Shown here piece after piece: positions 49,576 to 62,026 of a stretch of DNA of 64,000 nucleotides; within the stretch, counting starts at the first letter, position 1, and every line of letters begins with the position of its first letter. The position numbers and the translations under genes are program-made. This DNA is from Mobula hypostoma (Eukaryota): NCBI RefSeq assembly GCF_963921235.1, contig NC_086105.1, forward strand, positions 23,684,001-23,748,000. The letters are read 5' to 3'. The notes below the pieces were generated by a model, which saw only the letters and a list, made by a program, of their open reading frames with translations, was not told the origin of the DNA and made no database searches.

Positions 49576-50744
49576 CTAGAATGTGCCAACTATTCCTCAA
49601 AATAATTGCCAAAATAAATGTTGTGCAATAGAGCAGTGATACTATTCTGAATGGTTTACTATTTCATTCACCAAGAGCTTAGGAATATCCCAGGAATGTG
49701 AAAAATGCATCATGTATTTCCTCATTTTCCAAATTTAATGCAACCATGAAACATTATTTTTCAGCATATGAAGTCAAATAGAGCTAAGGAATTAAAGGGG
49801 TCAGATATATAACATAAGTAATTAACATATAACTCCAACCTGATTGGCTAACATGATTTTTGTAACGAACTATTTATTTATTAATAAATGTTTTACTCAG
49901 TGCTGTGAGTCAGGCAAGACAGTGGGACACAGTAGGAAAATGGAAAATTATGTGATTATTACATAATTGTCCTATTCATATGTCTGGCCATGTTTACATA
50001 TTAATGTTCAGAAGGCAGGATAAGGAATGGAAAATAACTTGCATGGAGATAACTCATCATAAATGTCAACCCCGATTGCACAATGAACTTTTTAAAATTG
50101 AAGGTAAAATTTCGAAGGTCACATCTTTAAGGTTTGTTGATGGCATATAAATGACATTCAGCTTGTGTATTGAATGGGTAAATGTTGCAATAAATGAGAT
50201 TTACTTCTTATTTTCCTCCTTGAATCGAGAACAGTGCTGCAATGGTCCTGATGAACACTGAACATAAATACAAACAGCCCCTTTGTCCCATGTTATCTAT
50301 GCCGACCATAAAGCCAATCTAAACTAATCTCATGTACCTACACATGGTTTATATCATTCTGTTATCTACCTATTCATATGTCTGTCTAAATCCCTCTTCA
50401 ACATTGCTATTATATTTGCTTCCACTACTTCCCATGGCAACAAGTCCCAGGCACCTACCACTCTCTGTGTTAAAATAAAGCTTGCCTTGAAAAGCTCCTT
50501 TTAATGTTCCCCACCCCCCAAAAAAAAACACCCTCACCTTAAAGCTAGGCCCTTTATAATTTGACATTTCTACGCTGGTGAAAAGACTGTGACTATCTAT
50601 CCCATTTATGCCTCTCATAATTTTTTTATACTTCTATCAGGTTGCTTCTCAACCTCTCACATCCCAAACAAAATGATCCAAGTATGCCTCACTTCTCAAT
50701 ATTGTTAATACTCTCTAGCCCAGGCACCATCCCAATGAATCTTT

Positions 50745-51027
50745 TATTTATTGATTGATTGATTGAGATAGGACATGGAATAGGCCCTTCCAGCTCTTAG
50801 AGTTGAGCCGCACCGTACAGCAGTCTCCTGAGTTAACGCCAGCCTAATCACAGGACAATTTACAATGATCAATTAATCTACCAACCGGTACGTCTTTGGA
50901 CTGTGGGAGGAAACCAGAGCACCCTGAGGAAACCTATGCGGTCATGGGGAGAACATACAAACTCCTTACAGGCAGCAGGGGGAACTGAGCCCGGTTCACT
51001 GCGCCAACCACTTAATGTGCCACCCCT
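50745..51027 (-). mobile_element. V-SINE (HE1-like)
   Basis: Minus strand has V-domain GGAGTTTGTATGTTCTCCCCATGACCGC...GGTTTCCTCCCACAGTCCAAAGACGTAC, B-box-like GGCTCAGTTCCC and a (TCAA)n tail. Confidence 0.85.
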
Positions 51028-51142
51028 TTTCTCAAAAGCTCCCCATCCTTCCTGTAGTGCAGTGACCAGAACTGCACACAATATTCTGAATGTTCAAAGT
51101 TTAAAATTTCATACAAGCCCATGCTGACTATCCCTAATAAGT

Positions 51143-51351
51143 AAGCGCAAGAGATCCTGCAGATGCTGGAAATCCAGAGCAACTCACACAAAATGCTGGA
51201 GGGGCTCAGCAGGTCAGGCAGCATCTTCGGAAATGAATAAACAGTTGATGTTTCTGGCTGAGACCCTTCATCGGGACTGGAAAGGAAGGAGAAAGATGCC
51301 AAAATAAAAAGGTGAGGAGAGGGTAAAGAGGAAAAGCTAGAAGGTGATAGG
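51143..51351 (-). mobile_element. Solo Penelope tail with partly decayed hammerhead (51243-51278)
   Basis: 12-bp TSD TCCCTAATAAGT at 51131-51142 and 51352-51363. Confidence 0.85.
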
Positions 51352-52409
51352 TCCCTAATAAGTTTATGCTTTTTCCGGATGCAGTAGATCCCATCCCTGA
51401 GAATCTTCTTCAATAATTTCCTTACCTCTAATGTAAAGTTCACTGGTCTATAATTTCTTGGTTTGTCTCTAAACCCTTCATCAACAGGAGAATAACAATG
51501 GATGTTCTCAAGCTAAAGACAAAGCCTCAATAATTTCCTCTTTTGCCTCTCTAGCCCTAGCCCTAGCCCTAGCAATACACTAACTCAGCAATGTGGGATA
51601 GATCCCATTGATTCCTGGGGACTTATTCAACAGTACATTTCATGACCCCTTTTAGCTCTCCTGATTCATTTTCAACTTCTCTTCTGCTTCATTGATATTC
51701 TTTAAAGGATCTGTCAAATTTCTGATTTCTGAACCTTACATGTGCTTTTCTTTCTTTTTCATTTTGGCTAAATTTTCAACATCATCCTGAACCTTATTTC
51801 TTCCTCACAGGAATGTGTTGGTCCTGAATTCTGACCAGCTGGCCTTCTAATGACTCCCACAAGACAGATGCAGACTTACACAATTACAGCTGCTCCCAAT
51901 CTATTTTCCTGAGGTTCTGCCTGATAATTTTGTAACTGGCCTTTTCAGGCTTATCCAAGCTTATCCTTATGCATCATTACCTGAAAACTTATAGTCACTG
52001 TTCCCAAAATGCTCTTCCATTGAAACACCAATCACCTAGCCAGGCTCAGTTTCAAATACAATATCTTCTTTGGCTGGATTACCTACATACTGTGTCAATA
52101 AATACTCCCTGATCTTGCTCTCCTCTGTGTCTTTGCTGTCCTCGATGTCTATGTCCCAGCTAACTAAATCTTTCCCATCTGTGCCTTTGGCACCAAGAGA
52201 ATGCTAGTCAACATTTTGGAAATTGAACTCACCAACTACAACTGCCCTATAGCTTTTATATTTTTCCATAATCTTCTTACATATCTGTTCCTTTAACTCC
52301 CACTGGCTATTGGGAGAGCAGTAGCATAACCCTATCATAATGATACCTTTTTTATTCCTGAACTCTACCATCTTGCCTTTCTAGATGAGCCAATCATAAT
52401 GCCTTAAGG

Positions 52410-53620
52410 CAGCAGACCCCAACCACTGGGCCGCGGACCGGTACCAGGCCGCAAGGCACGTGCTACCGGGCCGCGAGGAAATGATATGATTTGGCGATAT
52501 GAGTCAGCTGCACCTTTTCTCATTCCTTGTCACGCCCTGTTGAGCTTGAACGCAAGTGAGGTCATTACCCACGTGTCATCCATGTCAGCGTGGGAAGGAG
52601 ATCAACTCCTCAAGCTTGCAAATGATGGCGGGCTGAAAAAGTCTGTTTGACATAACATCTCTGCCGGCATTTGGGATCAAAGTCAAGGCTAAATATCCTG
52701 AGATAGCCACGAAAACACTGAAAACTTTGCTTGCACTTCCAACATATCTCTGCAATGAATGCAACGAAAACTAAATTGCGGAATAGTCTGGACATAAGGA
52801 ACCCCCTTCGAGTATCACTGTCTCCCATCACCCCTCGATCGGACCGTATTGTTGCAGGGAAACAAGCCCAGGGCTCCCACTGGTTCAGCGATATTGGTGT
52901 GTTGTAACGATTTTATATGTTCGTACGAGGAAAATATGTGCTGTGTGTTTAATATCCAAACGTTACTTAAAATGTTATGATGCTATTGACTTATAAGTGA
53001 CTTATATAACCATATAACAATTACAGCATGAAAACAGGCCATCTCTGCCCTTCTAGTCTGTGCCGAATGCTACTCTCTCCTAGTCCCACCGACCTGCACT
53101 CAGCCCGTAAATCTCCATTCCTTTCCTGTCAATATACCTATCCAATTTTTCTTTAAATAATATCGAACCTGCCTCTACCACTTCTACTGGAAGTTCGTTC
53201 AATACTTACTTCAAGCTCCCCTGTCCTTCCCTGATAATTGACTTATCACTATATTTATGTGAAGAAAATACGCGCTGTGTGTTTAATATTAAATTCATTA
53301 GATAAACCCTTTTAGAAATGAAATTGAGTGTATTAGCCACTTATCACCTCTATTCCAGCCGTGATTAACACCGCACCCCCTCCCCTGGAACAGAATCACC
53401 AAAAACGATTTGTAGAAAAAAATTGGCATGTACACGCATGCGCACTGGTGCCCGCGCAAGGCTTCATGGTCGTTGTAGTCTTTCTCGGGGTAAACACAAT
53501 GTATTTGACTGCTACTCTTGTCCGTTGGTGACCATACCCCCCCCCCCCGCCGTCAGCCGGTCCGCAAGAATATTGTCAATAATAAACCGGTCCGCGTGCA
53601 AGAAAGGTTGGGGACCCCTG
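52410..53620 (+). mobile_element. Non-autonomous hAT (Charlie/Buster-type) DNA transposon, copy 1
   Basis: TIRs CAGCAGACCCCAACC / GGTTGGGGACCCCTG; TSD CCTTAAGG / CCATAAGG; transposase C-terminal remnant. Confidence 0.9.
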
Positions 53621-54598
53621 CCATAAGGGTCTGATATTTTCCCTGAGCATTAGAGCATCTCCCCTACCTCTCTTATACCTCATTCAGTGACATCAGAAAC
53701 ATCTCAACCCTAGCATATTGGGCTGTCCTTTCTGCCTTTCTCCCAACCAAGTCGCTTTAATGAATATATCACTGTAGCTCTTGCTCAAGAAACTACCTTT
53801 TTATCATTAATAGTTCAAAGATGGGGATTCTTAGATATAATTCAGTTCTCAAAATAATGGTTCTTAAAATTATTTAATGTCAGCTATTCATGACTTTTCA
53901 AAACGAAATAATATCATTTATTGCTCATTATCAAGCACAGACTGAGGAGAAACTTAATATCTTAAACCAGGAAATTCGAACTGGCCAAATCTTCAACCAT
54001 CAAAGTACTTGGCCCTCTTTCACAGCTAACAGATGACAATAGCAGTACCAAAACAATTTTTCTTAAACTGCACAGTTCTTACTACTGCAGCTATTTGTTT
54101 CTTTAAGGTAGTTCCCAATAAAGGGAATAGCCAAAGTCACAGCAACTCTGATATCACTGCGCAAGTCTGAAAGTTTCAGTGAGTGATACCATCTTCTGTT
54201 ATTGGGCCTCTTTTTTTCAGTCTTTAATGAAGAAAGTGGCAAATAATGGTGATTTTATGTTCATATTTTTCTTTCCTGTATTATTCTATCTGGACATAAA
54301 TCATTGAAAATAATAAATTAAAAATGGAGGAGTAACACCTTATGTTCCATCTGGGTGACTTCGTAACCGATGGCATGAATATCAATTTCTCCTTCCAGTA
54401 AAATAATTTTCCCTCCCCCTTCCCTCTTTTTCTATTCCCTACTCTGGCCCCTTACCTCTCTTCACCGGCTTATCACTTCCCCCTGAGTCTACTTACTCCT
54501 TCCCTTTCTCCTATCAGATTCCTTCCTCTCCAGCCCTTCACCTTTCCTACCCACCTGGCTTCACCTATCATCTTCCAGTTATCCTCCTTGCCCTCACT

Positions 54599-56550
54599 CC
54601 CCAAACACCAAAGCAAAATTAGAGGGAAAAACAGAGGATTGGGAAGCTTTTAAAACCCTACAGAGAGCAACTAGAAGAATCATTCGGAAGGAAAAGATGA
54701 AATATGAAAGTAAGCTGGCAAACAATATCAAAGTGGATAGTAAAAGCTTTTTCAAGTGTGTAAGAAATAAAAGAGAGATAAGAGTGGATATAGGACTGCT
54801 AGAAAATGAGGCCAAAGAAATAATAATGGGGGCTAAGGAAATGGCAGATGAACTATATGAGTATTTTGCATCGGTCTTCACTGTGGAAGACACTAGCAGT
54901 GTGCCAGATGTTGAAGAGGGTGAGGGAAGAGAAGTGAGTGCAGTTTCTATTACAAAAGAGAATGTGCTCAAAAAGCTGAAAGACCTAAGGGTACATAAGT
55001 CATACACCAGATGAATTGCACCTTTGGTTTTGAAAGAGGTAGCAGTAGAGATTGTGGAGGCATTAGTAGTGATCTTTCAAAAATCTTTGGATTCTGGCAT
55101 GGTGCCAAAGGACTGGAAAATTGCAATTGTCACTTCACTCTTTAAGAAAGGAGGAAGGCAGCGAAAAGGAAATTATAGACCAGTTAACCTGACCTCAGTG
55201 GTTGGGAAGATGTTAGAATCAATTGTTAAGGATGAGGTGATGGAGTACTTGGTGACACAGGACAAGATAGGACAAAGTCAGCATGGTTTTCTTCAGGGAA
55301 AATCTTGCCTGACAAACCTGTTGGAATTCTTTGAGAAGATGACACGTAGGATAGATAAAGGGGATGCAGTGAATGTTGTATATTTGGACTTTCAGAAGGC
55401 CTTTGGCAAGGTGCCACACATGAGGCTGCTTACCAAGTTAAGAGCCCATGATATTACAGGAAAGTTACTAGCATGGTTAGAGAATTGGTTGATTGGTAGG
55501 AGGCAGCGAGTGGGAATAAAAGGATCTTTTTCTGGTTGACCGCCAATGATTAGTGGTGCTCCACAGAGGTTGGTGTTGGGACCACTTCTTTTTTATGCTG
55601 TATATCAATGATTTAGATGATGGAGTAGATGGCTTTGTTGCCAAGTTTGTAGAGGATACAAAGATTGGTGAAGGGACAAGTAGTGTTGAGGAAACAAGTA
55701 GGCTGTAGAAGGACTTAGACAGATTAGGAGAATGGGCAAGAGAGTGGCAAATGAAATACAACATTGGGAAAATGCATGGTCATGTACTTTGGTAGTAGAA
55801 ATAAATATGCAGACTAGTTTCTAAATGGGGAGAAAATCCAAAAATCTGAGTTGCAAAGGAATTTGGGAGTCCTTGTGCAGAGCACCCTAAGGGTTAACTT
55901 ACAGATTAAGTCGGTTGTAAGGAAGGCAAATGTGGTGTTAGCGTTCATTTCAAGAGGCCTAGAATACAAGAGCAGGGATGTGATCCTGAGGCCTCTCCTG
56001 GAGTATCGTGAACAGTTTTGGGCTCTTTGTCTAAGTAAGCACGTGTTGGCATTGGAGAGGGTTCAGAGGAGTTTCACAAGAATGATTCTGAAAATTATCA
56101 TAAGTTATCATATGAGGAGCATTTGATAGCTCTGGGTCTGTATTCACTGGAATTTAGAAGGGTGAGGGGGGACCTCATTGAAACTTTTCGAATATTGAAA
56201 GGCCTGGACAGAGTCAATGTGGAAAGGACGTTTCTGATGGTGGGGGAAGTCCAGGACAAGAGGGCACAGCCTCAGGATAGAGGGATGTCCATTTAAAACA
56301 GAAATGTGGAGAAATGTCTTTAGCCAGAGGGTGGTGAATTTGTATAATTTATTACCACTTGTATCTGTGGAGACCAGGTCACTGGGACGAAGTTGATAGG
56401 TTCTTGATTGGACATAGCATCAAAGGTTATGGGGAGAGGCTGGGGAGTGGGGCTGAGGAGGGGAGAAAAAGATCAGCCATGATTGAATGGCAGAGCAGAC
56501 TCGATGGGCCAAATAGTTTAATTCTGCTCCTATGTCTTATGGTCTTATAG
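54599..56550 (+). mobile_element. CR1 LINE ORF2 remnant, abutting a Penelope tail at about 54335-54598
   Basis: VPKDWKIA...KGNYRPVNLTSVVGKMLES...QHGFLQGKSCLTNLLEFF...VYLDFQKAF; (TCTTATGG)n tail. Confidence 0.92.
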
Positions 56551-58334
56551 TCTAATTTGATTTCAATATATCTTTTTAACTGTAAAAGAAACTAATACTG
56601 CAAAACTTTTATCTTATTTATACATGGAAAACCTATGAACAATTCAGTAAAGAATAAATATAAAAGAATCTCTCAGTATTCAGTCCTTATTTTGTTATGA
56701 TAACATTATGAATGTAATATTTATAGAAATGACAGGTTGCAAAATCTCCTCAGTGGTCTGGATTAGAACTTCTCTGTGTTGTATGTGTCCTTTATGGTCT
56801 GAGGCAGACAACGTTATGACTCCTCACAGTCTCTGGTGACCAATGTGCTGACATCAAGAGAAGCCGAATACATTATACAGGAGCAGTTACGAAGGTCACT
56901 TTTGACTTAATAAATCTTTCATGCAGGCAGTTTAAATAAGACAATGTTACAGTTAATTAAAATTAACACTATGTTCCCAAATTTCAAAGATTGCACTAGT
57001 TTAGAAATTATGCCAAAACAGGGAAAAAAATAATTAATGTAAATCCCTATTTCAAAACTGGAGCAGAATCTACATAAAATATAGTTTAATTTCTGCATGG
57101 ATGCTGTGAATTCACATGAACAACAGGTATAGACATACTTTAAAACATAATTTCAAGTTGTAAACTATTAAAAGAAGGAAGCAAAATTGTAAATTGATAA
57201 AAGTAAAATGTGGGTGGTGTCAAAAAGAACATTGTTCGGTTGAATCTTCCAGCTGAGGTAATGGAATCTCCCTAATTCTTTCAATTGATACTGACCAATT
57301 CCATGACAATTTTCATTGTGCTCTGTTCTTATTTCAGACTTACTGCTGCTCTGTTTCTCACCATGGAACATAGAACATGAAGAAGCAAGCATAGTACAGG
57401 CCCTTCAGCCCACAATTTATGCTGATCTGTACAAACCTACATAATCAGTCTAACACTTCTTATAGAACATGGAGCTTAAGAAACAACACACAAAAATGCT
57501 GGAGGAACTTAGCAAATCAGGCAGCATCTACAGAGGGGAATAGAATTCTTAAAGATAATTATCTTTTGTTTTGATTTATGCAGCACATTCTTCAATGTAA
57601 ACATATGCAAGAACATAAATGCTTTTTTAAAAGCAATGATAAAGTAGGCAATAGATGTAGGAAAGCCACAGGTAGTACCTGAAGAATGATCTATGATTTA
57701 GAAAGGATATTTGGCATTTTGCGTTTGGCCAATCCCACAATCTGGAATTGATACTTATGGTCCTTGTTGTATGTACTTAACTGACCTGGGTGTTGAGGAT
57801 CCATTTCACTGGCCCTGGGAAGCAGGAAGTGAGGTTTCGGCAGCAATGAGGTTTCGGCAGCATACTGCAACCGCCACAACTCCAGAATAAGCCAGACCTG
57901 GCAGGAGGAAAACTAAAGATGGTATTTTTACTTTTATCAAAACTATGATGGTGTTTCTTTTTTTCATGTTTGGCATTCAAACATATTAAATGTATATTAA
58001 AATAGACAATTTTAAAATGGATTTTTAAACAACTGATAAATAATACATTGAAAAACTTACAAATCATTAAAACATATAAGTAATGTAAAATATTTTAAAA
58101 TAATAAATTACTTATTCCACAGACAGTAAATCTCCACTCAAAAGAATGGCATTTTGCTGGGGAGTTTTTGTGTCTGACTTGCGTGCTGGGATCCATGTGG
58201 ATTCCAGCAATGAACAACAGGATCTGAATATCTCCAGGACAGGGTCACTTCAAAACTTCTGACCACAGCCAGGAAGATATGGCTCTGGAATTGGTCCTAA
58301 CTTCATTTTCCCATTTGCATGATCCTAACCTTCT

Positions 58335-60000
58335 CCATTGACAGCACATCCTATCCTAGATAAGGGGCCAAAACTGCTCACAATACTCCAAGTGATACCT
58401 CACCAGTACTTTATAACAGTGGTCCCCAACCACCGGGCCACGAGGAAACGATATGATTTGGCGATATGAGTCAGCTGCACCTTTCCTCATTCCCTGTCAC
58501 GCCCATTGTTGAGCTTGAACGCACGCGAGGTCATTACGCACGTGTCATCCATGTCAGCACCGGAAGGAGATATACTCTTCGAGCTTGCAAATGACGGTGG
58601 GCTGAAAAGTATGTTTGACATAACATCTCTGCCGGCATTCTGGATCAAAGTCAAGGCTAAATATCCTGAGATAGCCACGAAAGCACTGAAAACGTTGCTT
58701 CCATTTCCAACATATCTCTGCAATGAATGCAACGAAAACTAAATTGCAGAATAGCCTGGACATAAGGAACCCCCTTCAAGTATCACTGTCTCCCATCACC
58801 CCTCGATAGGACCGTCTTGTTGCAGGAAAACAAGCCCAGGGCTCCCACTGACTCAGCAATATTGGTGTGTTGCAATGATTTTATATGTTCATACGAGGAA
58901 AGTATGCGCTGTGTGTTTAATATCCAAACGTTACTTAAAATGTGATGATGCTATTGACTTATAAGTGACTTATATAACCATATAACAATTACAGCACGGA
59001 AACAGGCCACCTCGGCCCTTCTAGTCCGTGCCGAACGCTACTCTCGCCTAGTCCCACCGACCTCCACTCAGCCCATAAACCCTCCATTCCTTTCCTGTCC
59101 ATATACCTATCCAATTTTTCTTTAAATGATAATATCGAACCTGCCTCCACCACTTCTACTGGAAGTTCGTTCAACACTTTCTGAGCTCCCCGTCCTCCCC
59201 TGATAATTGACTTATCACTACATTCATGCGAGGAAAATATGCGCTGTGTGATTAATATTAAATTTGTTAGATAAACCCTTTTAGAAACGAAATTGAGTGT
59301 ATTAGCCACTTATCATCTATATTCCGGTGGTGATTAACAACCTCCCCCCCCAGGTATAGAACCGCAAAAACGATTTGTAGGAAAAAAAATCATCAGCAGG
59401 TACACGCATGCGCACTGGTGCCCGCGTAAGGCTTCATGGTCATTGTAGTCTTTCTCTGGGTAAACACAACGTATTTGACTGCTACTCTTGTCTGTTGGCA
59501 ACCCTACCCCGGTCGGCCGGTCCGCAAGAATATTGTCAATATTAAACCGGTCCGCAGTGCAAAAAAGATTGAGGACCCCTGCTTTATAAAGCCTCAGCAT
59601 TACATCCTTGTTTTTATTTTGCGGTCCTCTTGAAATGAATGCCAACATCACATTAACCTTCATCACCACCAACTTAACCTGCAAGTTAACCTTTAGGGAA
59701 TCCAGTACAAGGACTGCCAAGTCTGTTTGTACCACAGATTTTTAAATTTTCTCTTCATTTAGAAAATAGTCTATGCCTTTACTTCTTCTAGCAAAGTGCA
59801 TAACTATACACTTCCCAAAACAGTTTTCTATCTGCCACCTCTTTGTCCATTCTCTTAATCTGTATATGTCCTTCTGTAGCCTCTCTACTTCCTCAAAACT
59901 ACCTAACCCTCCACCTATCTTTGTATCATCCACAAACTTTGCCACAAAGCCATCTATTCTGTCATCCAAATCATTGACATATAACATAAAAGGAAGCGGT
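58335..60000 (-). mobile_element. CR1 LINE fragment interrupted by hAT copy 2
   Basis: YVNDLDDRIDGFVAKFVDDTKIGG; LRLYKA is broken exactly at the hAT TSD. Confidence 0.85.
58417..59581 (+). mobile_element. Non-autonomous hAT (Charlie/Buster-type) DNA transposon, copy 2
   Basis: TIRs CAGTGGTCCCCAAC / GATTGAGGACCCCTG; perfect 8-bp TSD CTTTATAA (58409-58416, 59582-59589); LPAFWIKVKAKYPEIATKALKTLLPFPTYLC hAT dimerisation-domain remnant. Confidence 0.93.
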
Positions 60001-60448
60001 ATCTTCATATATCGTCTAGGTAGTCCCTCATATACCGTCTAGGTAGTCTCCAGCTCCTTGGTATGAACATAGAATTCTCCAACTTCCGGTAATTCCCCCC
60101 CCCCCTTCTCCTATCCCTATGTCACTCTGCCCCCTCCCCCAGCTGCCTACCACCTCCCTCATGGTTCCGCCTCCTTCTACTACCCATTGTGTTTTCCCCT
60201 ATTCTTTCTTCACCTTTCCTGCCTATCACCTCCCTGCCTCCCCCCCCACCCCTTTATCTTTCCCCTTACTGGTTTTTTTACCTGGAACCTACCAGCCTTC
60301 TCCTTCCCACCCTCCCCCACCTTCTTTTTAGGGCCTCTGCCCCTTCCCCTTACAGTCCTGACGAAGGGTTCTGGCCTGAGACATCAACTGATCGTTTTCA
60401 CGGATGCTGCCCGACCTGCTGAGTTGCTCCAGCGCGTTGTGAGTGTTC
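60001..60448 (+). mobile_element. Penelope 3' end (third variant) with decayed hammerhead 60354-60389
   Basis: LIYRLGSLQLLGMNIEFSNFR* followed by a pyrimidine-rich UTR and AGTCCTGACGAAGGGTTCTGGCCTGAGACATCAACT. Confidence 0.85.
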
Positions 60449-60449
60449 C

Positions 60450-62026
60450 CTTAACAGACTTACTATTGCATCACTGGCTATATCAACTTCTGTGTGGACA
60501 CTGTAATACCATCAAGGAGTGTTTGCTGCTTCCCTAACAACAAACCATGGGTCACCAGTGATCTAAAGGTTCATCTCAACCACAAAAAGCAAGCAATCAG
60601 ATCAGGAGACAGGGAAGAATTCGAACATGTGCCGAGGGAGCTAAAGGAGACGATCAAGAGGGCTAAACAGCAAAGCAGGAGAGAGCCGGAGAACAAGCTT
60701 GGGCAGAGTAGCACACAGGAGGTATGAAGAACATCATTAGCTTTAGAGCCTTTGCAGCTGTGAGTGGGATAATGAGTTAAGCCAATTCTTCAATAGGTTT
60801 GACAATTGGCCTCCTGCTCACACCCCTCTCAGCACTCTAGTCCAGGTGCGAGGCAACCAATCCTCACTCAGCACCACTGCTTCCCTCCCTCCCTCCTCCC
60901 CCTCCAGTTCAACACGAGGATGAACAACACAAGCTCCCACTGTCTACTTCCCCTCCTTGCCCTGCATCTACCATCCACAGCTCCGCATACCAACTGCTAT
61001 CATCCCGAACTTCACCTCCCCCAGTCCCCTCCTTCCACCAACTCCTCAGTCATCATTGACTCACTTTCACTACGGAGCAGGTGAGAAGGGCTCTGGGGAA
61101 ACTCGGGACAGGGCACAGCATTGAGACCAGACGGTGTGAACCCCTGGTCCTGGAGGGGTGTGTTGAGCAGCTGTGTGGCGCTCTGCAGCGCATTTTCAAT
61201 CTGAGTCTCAGCCTGGAAAGGGTCCCGACTGTGTGGAAAACATCATGTGTGGTTCCAGTAACCAAATAGGGCCAATTGAAAGTTTTGAATGACTACCGTC
61301 CAGTGGTCCCGAACTCGAACATCATGAAGATCCTAGAAAGGCTGGTCCTAGCTCACTGGCAACCCCTAGTCAGATCAGCCCTCGAGGCCCTGCAGTTTGC
61401 CTACCAGGAGCACACTGGAGTCAACAATCCTGCTGAATATACTCCCATTTGGATAAGCAGGGCAGCACTGTGAGGATCACGTTTTTTGATTTCTCAAATG
61501 CCTTCAATACCATACAGCCCTCATTGCTGGAGAAAAAGCTCCATTCAATACAGATGGGCACTTCTATTGTATCCTGGATAATGAACCACCTGAGTGGCAG
61601 ACCAAAGTTAGTGCGGTTTCAGAGCTGTGTGTCAGACATAGATATAAGCAGCACTGGGGAGCCACAGGGGACTGTATTGGATCCCTTCCTGTTTGCCCTG
61701 TATACTTGGGACTTCAGATACAAGAATGAGTCATGACATCTGCAGAAGTTCTCTGATGACTCAGGAATAGTTGGGTGTATAAAGGGAGGACAGAAGGATG
61801 AATACAGAGCCCTGGTGGAGGACTTCATTAAATGGTGCTTGCTGAATCATCTGCAGCTCAGGACAGTAAGACAGAGGAGATGGTGACTGACTTAAGGAAG
61901 AAAAAACCTGTAATGCTCCCTGTTACTATTGATGGTGAGGACGTGGATGTGGTGAGGACCTACAAGTACCTGGGGGTGCATGTGGATGACAGACTTGAGT
62001 GAAGCACCAACACAAAGGCTGTGTAC
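60450..62026 (+). mobile_element. Rex1/Babar non-LTR retrotransposon remnant
   Basis: FPNNKPWVTSDLK, VPTVWKTSCVVPV, LNDYRPV, VRITFFDFSNAFNTIQP, GEPQGTVLDPFLFALYT and QKFSDD. Confidence 0.9.

Larger units (their letters stand above)
50260..52400 (-). mobile_element. Old CR1 LINE remnant with nested V-SINE and Penelope tail
   Basis: MRGINGIDSHSLF...FKVR and EYCVQFWSLHYRKD; decayed upstream ORF2 blocks. Confidence 0.7.

Noticed and set aside
58506-58850. Domesticated hAT gene (ZBED8/SCAND3-like)
   Set aside because: Short, frameshifted C-terminal remnant inside TIR/TSD-bounded duplicated elements.
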